A stretch of DNA of 64,000 bases from Nitrososphaeria archaeon (GCA_963752255.1 CAVVXT010000012.1:128001-192000); one strand, 5' to 3'. Shown: positions 1 to 11,073, counted from the first letter of the stretch. Notes: a model not told the origin generated them from the sequence alone. Translations and numbers: made by a program.

Positions 1-709
1 GAGGAGTGCGAAAAAATATAGCATAGACCAAAATTTGTGGGGAAGATCGATAGAAGGTGGCTCTCTTGAAGATCCAATGAGTGAACCAGAAGAAGATGTG
101 TACGAATGGATTACACCGGCATCTAAGGCACCAATTACACCAGCCTATGCGGAGGCTGAATTTGAAGGAGGAAATCCTGTATCATTAGATGGAAGAAAAA
201 GAAGCTTAAAGGACATAGTAGTCATGCTTAACAAGATTGCGGGAGAAAATGGTGTAGGCTTGATAGATCACATCGAAGATAGACTTGTCGGCATAAAAAG
301 CAGAGAAGTTTACGAATGCCCTGCGGCTGTAACACTTATAGAGGCTCATAAAGCTCTCGAAAAGATGGTTTTGACAAGACATGAACTAGCTTTTAAAGAA
401 ACGGTCGATTCCGAATGGTCAAGACTCGTCTATTTCGGTCTTTGGATGGATCCTCTGAGAGAGGATTTGGAGGCTTTTATTAAACAGGCACAGAAGAGAG
501 TTTGCGGCAGAGTCAAGATTAAATTTTATAAGGGAAGTTTATCTATTACGGGCCTTGAATCTCCTTATTCACTATATGATAAAGCTCTCTCAACATATGG
601 CATAGATTCAACGTTTGATCAAAAGGATTCAGCTGGATTCATTGAGATCTGGGGCCTGCAGTCAAGAATAGCTTCAGAGGTTCAAAGAAAAACGGGAGCC
701 AACAAATGA
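1..709 (+). CDS. argG: Argininosuccinate synthase (5'-truncated by window edge)
   Basis: YSIDQNLWGRSIEGG, HIEDRLVGIKSREVYECPAA and FIEIWGL motifs; overlaps the argH start (ATGA). Confidence 0.96.
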   Translation, partial: RSAKKYSIDQNLWGRSIEGGSLEDPMSEPEEDVYEWITPASKAPITPAYAEAEFEGGNPVSLDGRKRSLKDIVVMLNKIAGENGVGLIDHIEDRLVGIKSREVYECPAAVTLIEAHKALEKMVLTRHELAFKETVDSEWSRLVYFGLWMDPLREDLEAFIKQAQKRVCGRVKIKFYKGSLSITGLESPYSLYDKALSTYGIDSTFDQKDSAGFIEIWGLQSRIASEVQRKTGANK

Positions 710-2184
710 ACGATTTACTGAGAGGTAAACGGCTAAAGGAAATGAACGAGAAAGCTCTGAATTACACAGCTTCAATTGACTTTGATTCACCACTGCTCCC
801 CTCAGTTATAAAAATAAACAAGGCACATACGATAGCGCTTTATGATGCAGGTGTTCTAAGTGGGCCTGACGCTTTAAGACTACTCAAGGGGCTGAACATA
901 AAGGAGGAACTTCCAAAGAAATCGAGGCTTGAAGACGTACACATGTTTGTCGAGCAAAAGGTTAGGGAAAAAACTGGAGAAATAGGAGGCTATCTAAATT
1001 TAGGAAAAAGCAGGAACGACCAGGTGGCTACTGCCATAAAAATGGTGACAAGAGAATATATTATAGCTACTATGTCTTCTCTTCTAAACCTGTCTGAAAC
1101 CCTAGTGAACAAAGCTGAAAGGTCAACGGAAATGGTTATGCCTGTGTACACGCATCTTCAAGTAGCGCAACCAATAACATTCGCTCATTGGCTTCTAGCC
1201 TATGAAAGCATGATTTCGCGTGACATAAGTAGACTAAGTGAGAACTATAGAAGGGTAAACTCTTCGCCGATGGGTGCAGCAGCTTCAGCAGGCACAACCG
1301 TCAAAATCAACCGAAAGGAAGTAGCGGACTACCTCGGATTCGCATCCGTCGTAGGAAATTCGATCGATGCAGTAAGTTCAAGGGACACCCTCCTTGAATT
1401 CATCTTCATTACTTCGTCGATAGCTCTTACTTTGAGCAGGCTCAGCGAAGACATAAACTTTATGTCAAACAACGAGACCGGTATTCTGATTGTACCAGAC
1501 TCATATGCTTCGACAAGCAGTGCGATGCCTCAAAAGAAGAATTCAGTAGTGACAGAAATTGCGAGGGCTTGCCCTGGGATAATCTTGGGCAACTTGGCAA
1601 GCACAATATGTGTCTATAAAGCGTTGCCGTCATCATACAATCTTGATTTACAAGAAATGACGCCCAAAATGTCAGAAAGTTACTTACTTATCCAAACAAC
1701 AGTCGATGTTATGAAAGGCTTAATAGAAGGCCTCGAATTCAACGAAAAAAGAAGTGAAAACATTCTTATAAAAAATTTTTCTACCGCAATGGAAACAGCT
1801 GAATATATTACAATAAAAATGGGAATACCATTTAGGGAAGCACATCATATATTAGGGGCTTATGTGAGGGAATGTTTAGAAAAAGAGTTAGAGCCTCTTT
1901 CCGAAGAAGCCTACTCCGTATTTCTAAAAGAGCTAACTCCGTACAAAAAAAACGCAATCAATTTTACAGAGTACAAGTCACTTTTGGATCCTAAACAAAG
2001 CGTCATCAAAAAGACTATATATGGGGGACCTAGTCCTTCGAATACAATAAAAATGGTGTCAGAAAGGCGCTTGAATATTACCAAGTGTAGGGAAAATATA
2101 AGAAAAGAGGCCGAACGATTAATTAAAGCGTCTTCAAAATTAGACCAAAAAGTTTCAGAAATAATTGGAGGTGAGTTATCTTGA
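706..2184 (+). CDS. argH: Argininosuccinate lyase
   Basis: GKSRNDQVAT, YTHLQVAQP and the fumarase-superfamily signature SSAMPQKKN. Confidence 0.96.
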   Translation: MNDLLRGKRLKEMNEKALNYTASIDFDSPLLPSVIKINKAHTIALYDAGVLSGPDALRLLKGLNIKEELPKKSRLEDVHMFVEQKVREKTGEIGGYLNLGKSRNDQVATAIKMVTREYIIATMSSLLNLSETLVNKAERSTEMVMPVYTHLQVAQPITFAHWLLAYESMISRDISRLSENYRRVNSSPMGAAASAGTTVKINRKEVADYLGFASVVGNSIDAVSSRDTLLEFIFITSSIALTLSRLSEDINFMSNNETGILIVPDSYASTSSAMPQKKNSVVTEIARACPGIILGNLASTICVYKALPSSYNLDLQEMTPKMSESYLLIQTTVDVMKGLIEGLEFNEKRSENILIKNFSTAMETAEYITIKMGIPFREAHHILGAYVRECLEKELEPLSEEAYSVFLKELTPYKKNAINFTEYKSLLDPKQSVIKKTIYGGPSPSNTIKMVSERRLNITKCRENIRKEAERLIKASSKLDQKVSEIIGGELS

Positions 2185-2354
2185 AAACCGTGTGTGAAAC
2201 ATGTGGCGGAGAAATAGAAGTCCCCGACGACGCTATTAAAGGCGAAATAGTTAGTTGCCCAGACTGTGGCACAGAATTCGAGGTTATTGAAATCAAGAAC
2301 GGAGCCGCCTCGCTAAAGTCTGCTGAAGAAATAGGAGAAGATTGGGGAGAATAA
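2181..2354 (+). CDS. lysW: LysW/ArgW amino-group carrier protein, 57 aa (not in ORF track)
   Basis: TTG start after SD GGAGGTGA; MKTVCETCGGEIEVPDDAIKGEIVSCPDCGTEFEVIEIKNGAASLKSAEEIGEDWGE has two CxxC motifs and the diagnostic C-terminal EDWGE. Confidence 0.97.
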   Translation: MKTVCETCGGEIEVPDDAIKGEIVSCPDCGTEFEVIEIKNGAASLKSAEEIGEDWGE

Positions 2355-2362
2355 GGAACAAA

Positions 2363-3217
2363 ATGCTTCTATCTATACTGTATGACAGACTTCGATGGGA
2401 AGAAAAAGCCCTCGCTGAAGAAGCTCACAAGATGGGGCTTAACGTAGACTTGGTCGACGCGAAAACCTGCCCTCTAGAACTTGTCGGAAACGACATATCA
2501 AAGACTCCTTTTGGAGATGTGGTCTTGGAAAGGTGCATGAGCCACATGAGGGGACTCTATTGTGCTGCGATACTTGAAAAGGAGAAGGTCGTCATCAACA
2601 GCTTTGGTGTCCTTTCTATAACAAGTAATAAACTTCTAACAACATTAGCTTTAGATAAAGCTAAAATACCCACCCCAAGGACAGGGGCCGCTTTCTCACA
2701 GGAATCAGCACTTGAGCTAGCTGACAGAATGGGGTACCCTCTGGTAATAAAACCAGTTGTTGGAAGCTGGGGGAAGATGATCGCCTGCCTAAGGGATAAA
2801 CGCGAAGCGCAGGCCCTTTTTGAGACAAGGGAAATGCTTCATGAACCTCTTCAACAAATCTACTACCTACAGGAATATGTTCAAAGACCTCCAAGAGATA
2901 TCAGAGCAATAGTCATAGGCGATAATCTCTTAATATCAATATTCAGATATCAACCTGACGATGACTGGAGGACAAACGTCGCTCGCGGAGGTTATTCCGA
3001 ATTAGCTTCGCTTGATAAAGACCAGAAAGAGCTCATACTTAAGGCGGCCGAAGCTGTAGGAGGCGGCGTCCTCGGAGTTGATGCAATGGAAAGTGAGAGA
3101 GGACTTCTCATACATGAAATAAATGGAAGTGTTGAGTTCAAGGGTGCTTCAAGTGTTTCTACAGTTAATATACCAAAGGCGATAGCAGAGTACGCGTTGG
3201 AAAAGGCGAAAAAATAA
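2363..3217 (+). CDS. argX: LysW-glutamate ligase, ArgX-type ATP-grasp
   Basis: RimK/LysX family (KPVVGSWG, YLQEYV, RDIR); WRTNVA and EINGSVEFKG match the ArgX-type rather than the LysX-type signature; follows argGH-lysW. Confidence 0.8.
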   Translation: MLLSILYDRLRWEEKALAEEAHKMGLNVDLVDAKTCPLELVGNDISKTPFGDVVLERCMSHMRGLYCAAILEKEKVVINSFGVLSITSNKLLTTLALDKAKIPTPRTGAAFSQESALELADRMGYPLVIKPVVGSWGKMIACLRDKREAQALFETREMLHEPLQQIYYLQEYVQRPPRDIRAIVIGDNLLISIFRYQPDDDWRTNVARGGYSELASLDKDQKELILKAAEAVGGGVLGVDAMESERGLLIHEINGSVEFKGASSVSTVNIPKAIAEYALEKAKK

Positions 3218-4269
3218 TGGTGAAAGTGGGGATAATAGGAGCTTCCGGTTACGTTGGAGGAGAACTACTTAGACTATTACTGATACATAACGGGGTTGAA
3301 GTCACTCTAGCAACTTCGAGACAGCACGTGGGAGAATACATCTTCAAAGTTCATCCCAATCTGAAGGGAACAACAAACCTTCAGTTTTCAGCAGATGATC
3401 CGAGTACAGCGGCCTCAAAAGTAGACGTTGTTTTCTTATCTGCCCCACATGGTACCTCCTCTAAGATTGTACCAAAACTCATCCAAACAGGAACAAGGAT
3501 AATCGACATGAGCGCAGACTTTAGGCTCAAGGATCCCAAAGCCTACGACAAGTGGTACGGTTGGACTCATCCAGCCCCCGATCTTCTTAACAAATTTGTA
3601 TATGGATTACCTGAGCTTCATAGAGAAGAGCTGAAGGCTACAAAATACGTAGCCGTGCCAGGATGTATGGCTACATCATCAATTGTTAGCCTTGCTCCTT
3701 TGGCTAAGGCAGGATTAACCGAAAAAACGGTGATAGTGGATGCGAAGATAGGCTCTTCTGGCGCAGGGGGTAAACCATCTCTTTCGACACACTTTTCTGA
3801 ACGGTTCGGAGCCGTGAGAGCGTATAAGCCCGTTGCGCATCGTCACACTGCTGAAATAGAACAAGAGCTAAAATATGTATCAGGTAAAGAGACCGAAATT
3901 GGAATGACAGCACATGCTGTAAACATGGTGAGGGGAATACTTACGACCTCACATGTGATGAAGACGTCTAGACCTGACGCGGCTACTGTCTGGAAGGCTT
4001 ATAGAAACTTCTACAGGGACGAACCGTTTGTGAGGTTCATAATGGACAAGGGAGGTCTATACAAGTATCCGGACCCAAAGATAACCATTGGATCAAACTT
4101 TGCAGACGTAGGTTTTGAAATAGACCCCCATGTTGACCGAATTGTTGTATTTGGAGCTATTGACAACCTCATCAAAGGAGCAGCAGGAAACGCCGTGCAA
4201 TCAATGAATATAATGATGGGCTTCGGCGAGAAAGAAGGATTGAACCTACCATCACTACACCCGGTGTAA
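3217..4269 (+). CDS. lysY: LysW-aminoadipyl/glutamyl-phosphate reductase (LysY/ArgC)
   Basis: GASGYVGGEL, VPGCMAT catalytic Cys, DNLIKGAAGNAVQ. Confidence 0.95.
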   Translation: MVKVGIIGASGYVGGELLRLLLIHNGVEVTLATSRQHVGEYIFKVHPNLKGTTNLQFSADDPSTAASKVDVVFLSAPHGTSSKIVPKLIQTGTRIIDMSADFRLKDPKAYDKWYGWTHPAPDLLNKFVYGLPELHREELKATKYVAVPGCMATSSIVSLAPLAKAGLTEKTVIVDAKIGSSGAGGKPSLSTHFSERFGAVRAYKPVAHRHTAEIEQELKYVSGKETEIGMTAHAVNMVRGILTTSHVMKTSRPDAATVWKAYRNFYRDEPFVRFIMDKGGLYKYPDPKITIGSNFADVGFEIDPHVDRIVVFGAIDNLIKGAAGNAVQSMNIMMGFGEKEGLNLPSLHPV

Positions 4270-4274
4270 TTAAA

Positions 4275-5081
4275 ATGGTAACTGTCGTGAAAGTGGGAGG
4301 CAGCCTCCTCAAACTTGGACCTCCTGAAAATATCCTTTCAGATTTCTGCAAAGCGCTGCAGGAAGAAAAGCTAGTTTTAGTCCATGGAGGGGGATTTGAA
4401 GTCACCGAGATAGCTGAAAAGCTGGGAAAGAAGCAAGAGTTTGTTGTCTCTCCAGAGGGGATAAGAAGCAGATACACGGATAGAGAAACAGTGGATATAT
4501 ATACAATGGTTATGAAAGGAAAGATAAATTCTGAAATCGTGCTCGCTCTTGAAGGGAAAGGAGTGAAAACCGTTGGAATATCCGGATTCGATGGTGAACT
4601 ACTTGTAGCAGAAAGAAAGAAGAGACTCCTTACAGTAGATAGCAGAGGTAGAAGAGTGGCCTTAGAGGGAGGCTATACTGGAAAAATAATCGGTGTAAAC
4701 AGCAACATACTTGTGACGCTCTTAAAAGAAGACTTCGTCCCTGTCGTATCGCCGATAGCCTTAGGAACAGAAGGCGAACCCCTAAACGTGGATGGAGACA
4801 GAGCCGCAGCGTATATTGCGGGCGGATTAAAAGCCGAAAGGGTCGTCTTCTTGACAGATGTCAATGGCGTCCTTATCGACGGACAGCTTGTCAAGGAACT
4901 TACTTTAGCGGACGCAAGTGCCAGCATCAGAAAGGTGGGTCACGGTATGGATAAAAAGATCCTTGCGGCCGTTGAAGCCATAGAACAGGGAGTGAAAGAG
5001 AGCATAATATCTTCAGGCAGCTTAGATAATCCCATAATGAACAGTTTAAGGGGAGAAAATAGGACGGTGATAAGGAAATGA
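4275..5081 (+). CDS. lysZ: LysW-aminoadipate/glutamate kinase (LysZ/ArgB)
   Basis: VVKVGGS, VHGGG, SPEGIRSRYTD, LNVDGDRAA. Confidence 0.95.
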   Translation: MVTVVKVGGSLLKLGPPENILSDFCKALQEEKLVLVHGGGFEVTEIAEKLGKKQEFVVSPEGIRSRYTDRETVDIYTMVMKGKINSEIVLALEGKGVKTVGISGFDGELLVAERKKRLLTVDSRGRRVALEGGYTGKIIGVNSNILVTLLKEDFVPVVSPIALGTEGEPLNVDGDRAAAYIAGGLKAERVVFLTDVNGVLIDGQLVKELTLADASASIRKVGHGMDKKILAAVEAIEQGVKESIISSGSLDNPIMNSLRGENRTVIRK

Positions 5082-6284
5082 CGATGACATTCGATGAAAT
5101 TAGAACTTTAGAAGACGCACACATAGCACATACATACCAGAAGCTTCCAATTGCGATAGCAAGAGGAAAGGGCACTAGAATCTGGGACGTCAATGGGAAA
5201 GAGTACATAGACTATATGGGTGGCTATGGCGTTGCGATACTTGGGCAATCGTATCCTAAGGTTATAAATGCAATAAAGGAGCAGATCGACAGATTAATGA
5301 TTTTGCACAGCTCATTGTACAATGAGCAAAGGGCATTGTTTGTTAAAAAACTCGTTTCAGTGAGTCCAAGTGGACTTGATATGGTGTACCTGTCAAACAG
5401 TGGAGCCGAAGCCCTTGAAGCTGCACTGAAGATTGCTGTCAAATACTCTAAGAGAAAGAAGATACTAGCAATGAAGGGAGCCTATCATGGAAAAACTCTT
5501 GGCGCACTCTCACTTACCTACGGGGAAAAATATCGGACATCATTCGATGAATTTGTATACAAGGGGGTTGAGTTCGCCGAATTTGGTAATCTTGATGATG
5601 TTGAGAGGGGAAGAAATTTAGACGAATTCGCGGCAATATTTGTCGAGCCCGTTCAAGGTGAAGGAGGGATAAAAATACCTCCTGAGGGGTTCTTGAAAGG
5701 TTTGAGGGAGATAGCGGACAAGCATGGCTCTGCTCTTGGTGGTTGATGAAGTTCAAAGCGGACTTGGAAGAACCGGCAAAATGTGGGCGCACCAGCACTG
5801 GGGAATAAGACCTGACATAATGACCATAGGCAAAGGTATTGGGGGAGGTATCCCGATGGCTGCAACAATAGGTAAAACAGAATATTTGAGCACTCTAGAA
5901 GTTGGAGAGCACACAAGTACTATGGGAGGGAACCCAATAGCGTGCGCGGCGGGAAGGGCTGTACTTGAATCCCTATACGATGATGGTGTAGTCGACAAAT
6001 CTAGAATATCAGGTGAATACCTCCAAAAAGAACTCGGAGAGCAGGTTGGAAGTTCAAAGATTGTTAGAGAGCTGAGGGGAAAGGGGTTGATGATAGCTTT
6101 AGAGCTGAAGGTAAGGTTTCATGATATATTATTTAAAGCGGTTGAATCGGGTCTGATTACGTTGTATTCAGGCAAGACTATACTCAGGCTACTTCCTCCG
6201 CTAATTATAGATCAAGAGGACATCACCAAGGGAACGTCGATACTAAGGGAATCGTTAAATTGGTACGAAAAACAACATATTTAG
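5078..6284 (+). CDS. lysJ: LysW-semialdehyde transaminase (LysJ/ArgD), split by a +1 frameshift near 5730
   Basis: Class III aminotransferase motifs SNSGAEA, YHGKT and EPVQGEGG in the first ORF, DEVQSGLGRTG and GKGIGGG in the second; removing one base restores KHGSLLVVDEVQ. Confidence 0.92.
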
Positions 6285-6324
6285 AAGGAAAATGTTTTAA
6301 ATAAGCCGCTTTTAAGGCTATGAT

Positions 6325-6741
6325 ATGGAACTTGATAAGATAGATGCTGCGATTATCGAATCACTAGAAGAGAATTCAAGGACTTCTTACATAGAAATAG
6401 GGAAAAGGGTTGGCCTATCCGAAGCAGCTGTCAGAAGAAGGATAAAGAAACTCTTAGAGGATGGGATAATAAGAAAATTTACCATAGATGTGAAGGAAGA
6501 AGCTGCTCACGCGTTCACCCTGATAGCAGTCAATCCGTCGACTCCTACATTCGAAGTTTCGAAGTCCATAAAGGAGATTAAAGGAGTTAAACTGGTATAC
6601 GAAATAACAGGCCAATATGATATTATAGCCTTCGTAGGTGGACCTAATATTACAGAAGTCAACACATACGTTGAAGAAATACGAAAAACGAATGGTGTAC
6701 TTAGAACGAATACTGTAATTATTTTGAAGGAAGTTACCTAA
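6325..6741 (+). CDS. lysM: Lrp/AsnC-family regulator, LysM-type
   Basis: HTH SRTSYIEIGKRVGLSEAAVRRRIKKL plus RAM domain YEITGQYD, located inside the lys cluster. Confidence 0.85.
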   Translation: MELDKIDAAIIESLEENSRTSYIEIGKRVGLSEAAVRRRIKKLLEDGIIRKFTIDVKEEAAHAFTLIAVNPSTPTFEVSKSIKEIKGVKLVYEITGQYDIIAFVGGPNITEVNTYVEEIRKTNGVLRTNTVIILKEVT

Positions 6742-6777
6742 AACACTATAACAGATTATAACCTGAAGGTTTTAAAA

Positions 6778-7995
6778 ATGGAAACTGAAGAAGATATTGA
6801 AAAGATCAGGGAAGATAAAGAAAGGGTGGGTTTTGGCCCACAGATTAACGGAAAGAGCGCGTTGGAGGGAAGAAAAATTACTATTTTGGATAGCACGCTC
6901 AGGGAAGGCGAACAGTTTCCAGGATGCTCTTTCACGAACAGCGAGAGAATACAGATAGCATGGACTCTAGATTTCCTCGGAGTAGATGCGATAGAAATAA
7001 GTCCAGTAATATCAAGACAGCACATGGAAGCATGTAAGAAGATCGTTAAAGCAGGGCTTAAGGCAACCATCGTAGCACATGGAAGAGCCCTGAAGAAGGA
7101 TATAGATCAAGTGCTTGAATGTGATGCGGCATTCATGGCGATGTATCACTCTGTCTCCGACATACATCTGAAATACAAACTGCGAATCACAAGGGAGGAA
7201 GCGCTGTCGAGAACATTAGAAGCTGTTGATTACGCTAAGGCGCATGGGCTCAAAATTAGAGTTACCCTAGAGGATGCTAGTAGGGCGGACCCGAGCTATA
7301 TGGTAGCATTTGTGAAAGAACTGGAAAAAGCGCATGCCGACAGAATAAGTATACCGGATACGGTAGGAATTATGACACCAACGGGTATGTATAATTTGGT
7401 TAAAACCATCAAAAAAAGTGTTAACGTTCCACTTGACGTGCACTGTCACAATGATATGGGTCTGGCGCTGGCGAACTCTGTTGCAGGACTCGAAGCTGGA
7501 GCGGAGCAGATACATGTAACAGCAAATGGGCTGGGTGAAAGAGTTGGGATACCCGATCTTTCTCAGGCATCAACTGTCTTAAAGCTTCTTTACGGTGCAG
7601 AAATAAAAATAAGATTCAATATGCTTTTCGACCTAGCAAAACTAGTCGAGGAGTACACGAGCATACCTGTTCCCACTTCAGCGCCTTTAGTAGGGGCAAA
7701 CGCCTACAAACATAAAGCGGGGACACACATAGCCGCGGTATTAAGAAATCCCAAGACTTACGAACTGATTCCACCTAAAGTAGTAGGAAACAAAAGAAGG
7801 CTTGTCTTTGGCGGCCTCCTTGGAAAGAACGGGGCAGAATTTCTGCTTAAGATGTTCGGTATAGAAGCCCCTGGCGAAAGTGGAAAGCTTGTATCGGGAC
7901 TAAAGGATCTTGGAATAGACCTGTTCGAACTCGAACTTACTGAAGAAATGGAAGAGTTACTGAAGCGTGGAGAGGGAGCCCTAAATAGGGTTTAA
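6778..7995 (+). CDS. Homocitrate synthase (DRE-TIM / LeuA family)
   Basis: DSTLREGEQ, HCHNDMG, NGLGERVG, HKAGTH; no LeuA regulatory domain; lys cluster context. Confidence 0.85.
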   Translation: METEEDIEKIREDKERVGFGPQINGKSALEGRKITILDSTLREGEQFPGCSFTNSERIQIAWTLDFLGVDAIEISPVISRQHMEACKKIVKAGLKATIVAHGRALKKDIDQVLECDAAFMAMYHSVSDIHLKYKLRITREEALSRTLEAVDYAKAHGLKIRVTLEDASRADPSYMVAFVKELEKAHADRISIPDTVGIMTPTGMYNLVKTIKKSVNVPLDVHCHNDMGLALANSVAGLEAGAEQIHVTANGLGERVGIPDLSQASTVLKLLYGAEIKIRFNMLFDLAKLVEEYTSIPVPTSAPLVGANAYKHKAGTHIAAVLRNPKTYELIPPKVVGNKRRLVFGGLLGKNGAEFLLKMFGIEAPGESGKLVSGLKDLGIDLFELELTEEMEELLKRGEGALNRV

Positions 7996-7999
7996 GGAT

Positions 8000-8864
8000 G
8001 TGAAGGCATTGTCTAAGATTTCTTTACTTTACGATGTCATAAGATGGGAGGAGAAGGCGTTGTACGAGGCGGGAAAGAAGCTCAGCGAAGAAATAGACAT
8101 GATAGACATCAAGGAAGAGCTATTCGACATTTCGAAGCCGCTGGACAAAAAAATCGGCGACATCGTTCTCCAAAAGAAGCGTCAGCTACTACAGGAATCT
8201 ACATACGACGGCCTTCTTCGAATACAAGGGGAAAAGGGTCGTCAACTCTCTAAACACGGCCACAATAACTGGAAATAAGATGTTCACAACTTTAGTACTC
8301 CAGAGAAACAGGATACCAACTCCTAGGACAGTTGTGGCATTGACATCTGAAACAGCTATGAAAGCTTTCAGAGAAGAATTTGGAGGAAAAGCTGTGCTTA
8401 AACCTGTGAGCGGTAGCTGGGGAAGGCTTATCGCACTTTTAAATGACGAGCCGGCAGCCCAAGCAGTATTTGAAGATAGAGATTATATGTATCCAATGTA
8501 CCAGCTATACTATCTGCAGGAATATGTCAAAAGGCCCCCAAGAGACCTAAGAATATTTGTAGTAGGAGAAGAGGTTATAGCGGGAATATACAGATATCAA
8601 CCGGAAAGCGACTGGAGGACAAACACGGCTAGGGGAGGAAAGGCAGTCAAATGCGATATAACACCAGAAATTAGCGAATTAGCGATCAAGTCGGCCGAAG
8701 CCGTTGGGGGAGGAATATTCGGTGTCGACATGATGGAGTCACCGGACGGTCTAATAGTCCATGAAGTCAATAACACGACCGAATTCAAGAACACAGTTCC
8801 GGCGACAGGAATAGATATCCCCGGTTTAATTATAAAATACATGGTCAAAGAAGCTAGGAGATAG
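8000..8864 (+). CDS. lysX: LysW-alpha-aminoadipate ligase, split by a +1 frameshift in the A run near 8172
   Basis: Removing one A gives VLQRSVSYYRNLH...GNKMF, continuous with the 8280 ORF; WRTNTA and HEVNNTTEFKN match the LysX-type signature. Confidence 0.9.
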
Positions 8865-8870
8865 GAGTAA

Positions 8871-9962
8871 ATGGACTACGTGGACCTCCTCTACGAGCTT
8901 GTTTCAATCTATTCTCCAAGCGGATGTGAATCTACGCTAGCGGACCGCATACGCGTATGGTTGACATCGGACCTGTTAGCAGACAGCTCTTACATAGATG
9001 CAGCTGGAAATGTCATAGGAATATATGAAGGAACCGAGCCTTCGATACTTCTCTGCGGACACATAGACACAGTCGTAGGAGAACTGCCCACGCAGCGTAA
9101 TCAGCAGTTTATAGGTGGAAGAGGAGCAGTTGACGCTAAATCACCTATGGCAGCCTTTCTGTGTGCAGCTCATGAGTTAAAGAAGGTCTCTTTTCGGAAC
9201 AAAATCATCGTCGCGGGGGTCGTGGGAGAGGAGGACACCGGAAATGGCATTAAAGAGATCATCAGAGGAGGGTGTAGGCCATCATACGCGGTCTTCGGAG
9301 AACCGTGTTCGCTAACGAACATCGTTATAGGATACAAGGGAGGTTTACGTCTAAGCCTTAGTTTTGAGACTTCAAGTTATCACTCTAGTTCACCGTGGCT
9401 TGGTAAAAGCGCTGTTGATGCCGCGATAGAGCTATGGACATCAATAAAAAGGTACAATGACGAAGCACAGTACAAGGAAAAAAAATTTGGTACCATCAGC
9501 GCCTGCCTGACGAAGATATCAGGAGGAGAGTCCCACAACATGTCCCCATCGTCATGTAAAATGACGGTTGACATAAGATTTCCACCCTCTGTCGAAAGTG
9601 AGGAGGTTGTCGACAAAATAAAAGCGGAAGCCGAACACATATGTAAAGAGAAAATAGGTTTCAGAATGGAGGTCGAAGACTTTACACCAGCGTATACGGC
9701 ACCTGTCAACAGCCAATTGGTTAAAGCATTCAAAGCTTCGATAATGAAGGTGAAGGGTAAAAATGCTATGCTTGTCAGGAAAACTGGCTCAGGCGACATG
9801 AACATTTATGGCAAAGAAGTTGGTGTGCCATCAGTAACATACGGTCCAGGTAATTCGAAACTCTCACATACACCCTACGAGAGGGTGGACATCAGAGAAT
9901 ATTTGGACAGCATAGAAGTTCTAAAAGAAGCTATAATTAACGTGTGCGGAGAAAATAAATAA
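8871..9962 (+). CDS. lysK: LysW-lysine/ornithine hydrolase (LysK, M20 family)
   Basis: CGHIDTV, GRGAVDAK, GEE, GSGDMN, YGPGNSKLSHT. Confidence 0.92.
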   Translation: MDYVDLLYELVSIYSPSGCESTLADRIRVWLTSDLLADSSYIDAAGNVIGIYEGTEPSILLCGHIDTVVGELPTQRNQQFIGGRGAVDAKSPMAAFLCAAHELKKVSFRNKIIVAGVVGEEDTGNGIKEIIRGGCRPSYAVFGEPCSLTNIVIGYKGGLRLSLSFETSSYHSSSPWLGKSAVDAAIELWTSIKRYNDEAQYKEKKFGTISACLTKISGGESHNMSPSSCKMTVDIRFPPSVESEEVVDKIKAEAEHICKEKIGFRMEVEDFTPAYTAPVNSQLVKAFKASIMKVKGKNAMLVRKTGSGDMNIYGKEVGVPSVTYGPGNSKLSHTPYERVDIREYLDSIEVLKEAIINVCGENK

Positions 9963-10125
9963 CCCTATCTGAAGCGCATTGGAGCAACAATTGTTCTAAA
10001 AAGTTTATAACTCGTTTAGATTCTTAGACACCTGTATGGGTTCATCGCCTGACTGGAAAGAGCGTAAAGGTAATATATTCAATAAACATTTATTTCCTGT
10101 TAACAAGCAATTATTGTGATTTAAA

Positions 10126-11073
10126 TTGGATACAACGCTCGGTATAGATTTAGGCGGAACAAACGTTAGAGTCGCAATCGGCGTTAGGGACGGAAGAATT
10201 CTTGCAAAAGTTGTGAGGAAAACTGTGCGCGAGGGAGACGAGTACGCCATAAGCAGACAGATTATAGAAATGATCAAAGAACTACCCAAGCAACTATTAG
10301 ATAATCTTGTAAATGTGAACATCGGTACAGTGGGACCTCTTGACCAGAAACTTGGCTCAATTTCGCCACCGAATCTACCCTTCAAGCGATCCTACCTTGT
10401 AGAGCCAATAGCTAGAGAACTGAATCAACCTGTTAGAATGTACAACGACTGTGTAGTAGCTGTAATCGGTGAAAAATTCTTTGGCCAAGGCAGGGGAGTC
10501 GATAACGTGGTTTACATCACGATAAGTAGTGGCATAGGTTGTGGAGTTTTTGCCAACGGCCATCTTCTCCTAGGTAAGGAGGGAAACGCTCACGAAATCG
10601 GGCACTTTACAATAGATCCAGAAGGTAGACTTACTTGCGGGTGTGGGAAGAGAGGGCATTGGGAAGCCTACTGTTCCGGTAGTAATATCCCAAATTATGT
10701 GCGTTTAGTGGCGGGCACCTTCAAAGAAGATACGCTAAAGCAGAGTAGCCTCTATCAGAAATTAGACTCCTTGACAAGCAAAGACTTCTTTGACGCGGCA
10801 AAATCAGGTGACAGGTTCGCTTTATCCGTCTTAGAAAACGTGAGTAAATTCAACGCAATAGGATTCGCTAACGCAATAAACGCATACGACCCCGAGGTTA
10901 TTGTCGTAGGAGGGTCTGTGGCATTAAATAATAAGGAACTCTTATTTGAACCGATAGAAAAAAAAGTTGGCGATTACATGGTCAACCGGCTCCCCGAAAT
11001 AAAGTTCACATCCTTGGGAGATGACGTTGGACTTTATGGAGCGATTGCGGCAGGATTCTACCTAGAAAAATGA
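10126..11073 (+). CDS. ROK-family sugar kinase (glucokinase)
   Basis: GIDLGGT, ND, EIGH, CGCGKRGHWEAYCSG zinc motif. Confidence 0.9.
   Translation: MDTTLGIDLGGTNVRVAIGVRDGRILAKVVRKTVREGDEYAISRQIIEMIKELPKQLLDNLVNVNIGTVGPLDQKLGSISPPNLPFKRSYLVEPIARELNQPVRMYNDCVVAVIGEKFFGQGRGVDNVVYITISSGIGCGVFANGHLLLGKEGNAHEIGHFTIDPEGRLTCGCGKRGHWEAYCSGSNIPNYVRLVAGTFKEDTLKQSSLYQKLDSLTSKDFFDAAKSGDRFALSVLENVSKFNAIGFANAINAYDPEVIVVGGSVALNNKELLFEPIEKKVGDYMVNRLPEIKFTSLGDDVGLYGAIAAGFYLEK

Noticed and set aside
5700-8290. Programmed ribosomal frameshifting in lysJ/lysX
   Set aside because: No consistent slippery heptamer or stimulatory structure; similar indels are scattered through unrelated genes.
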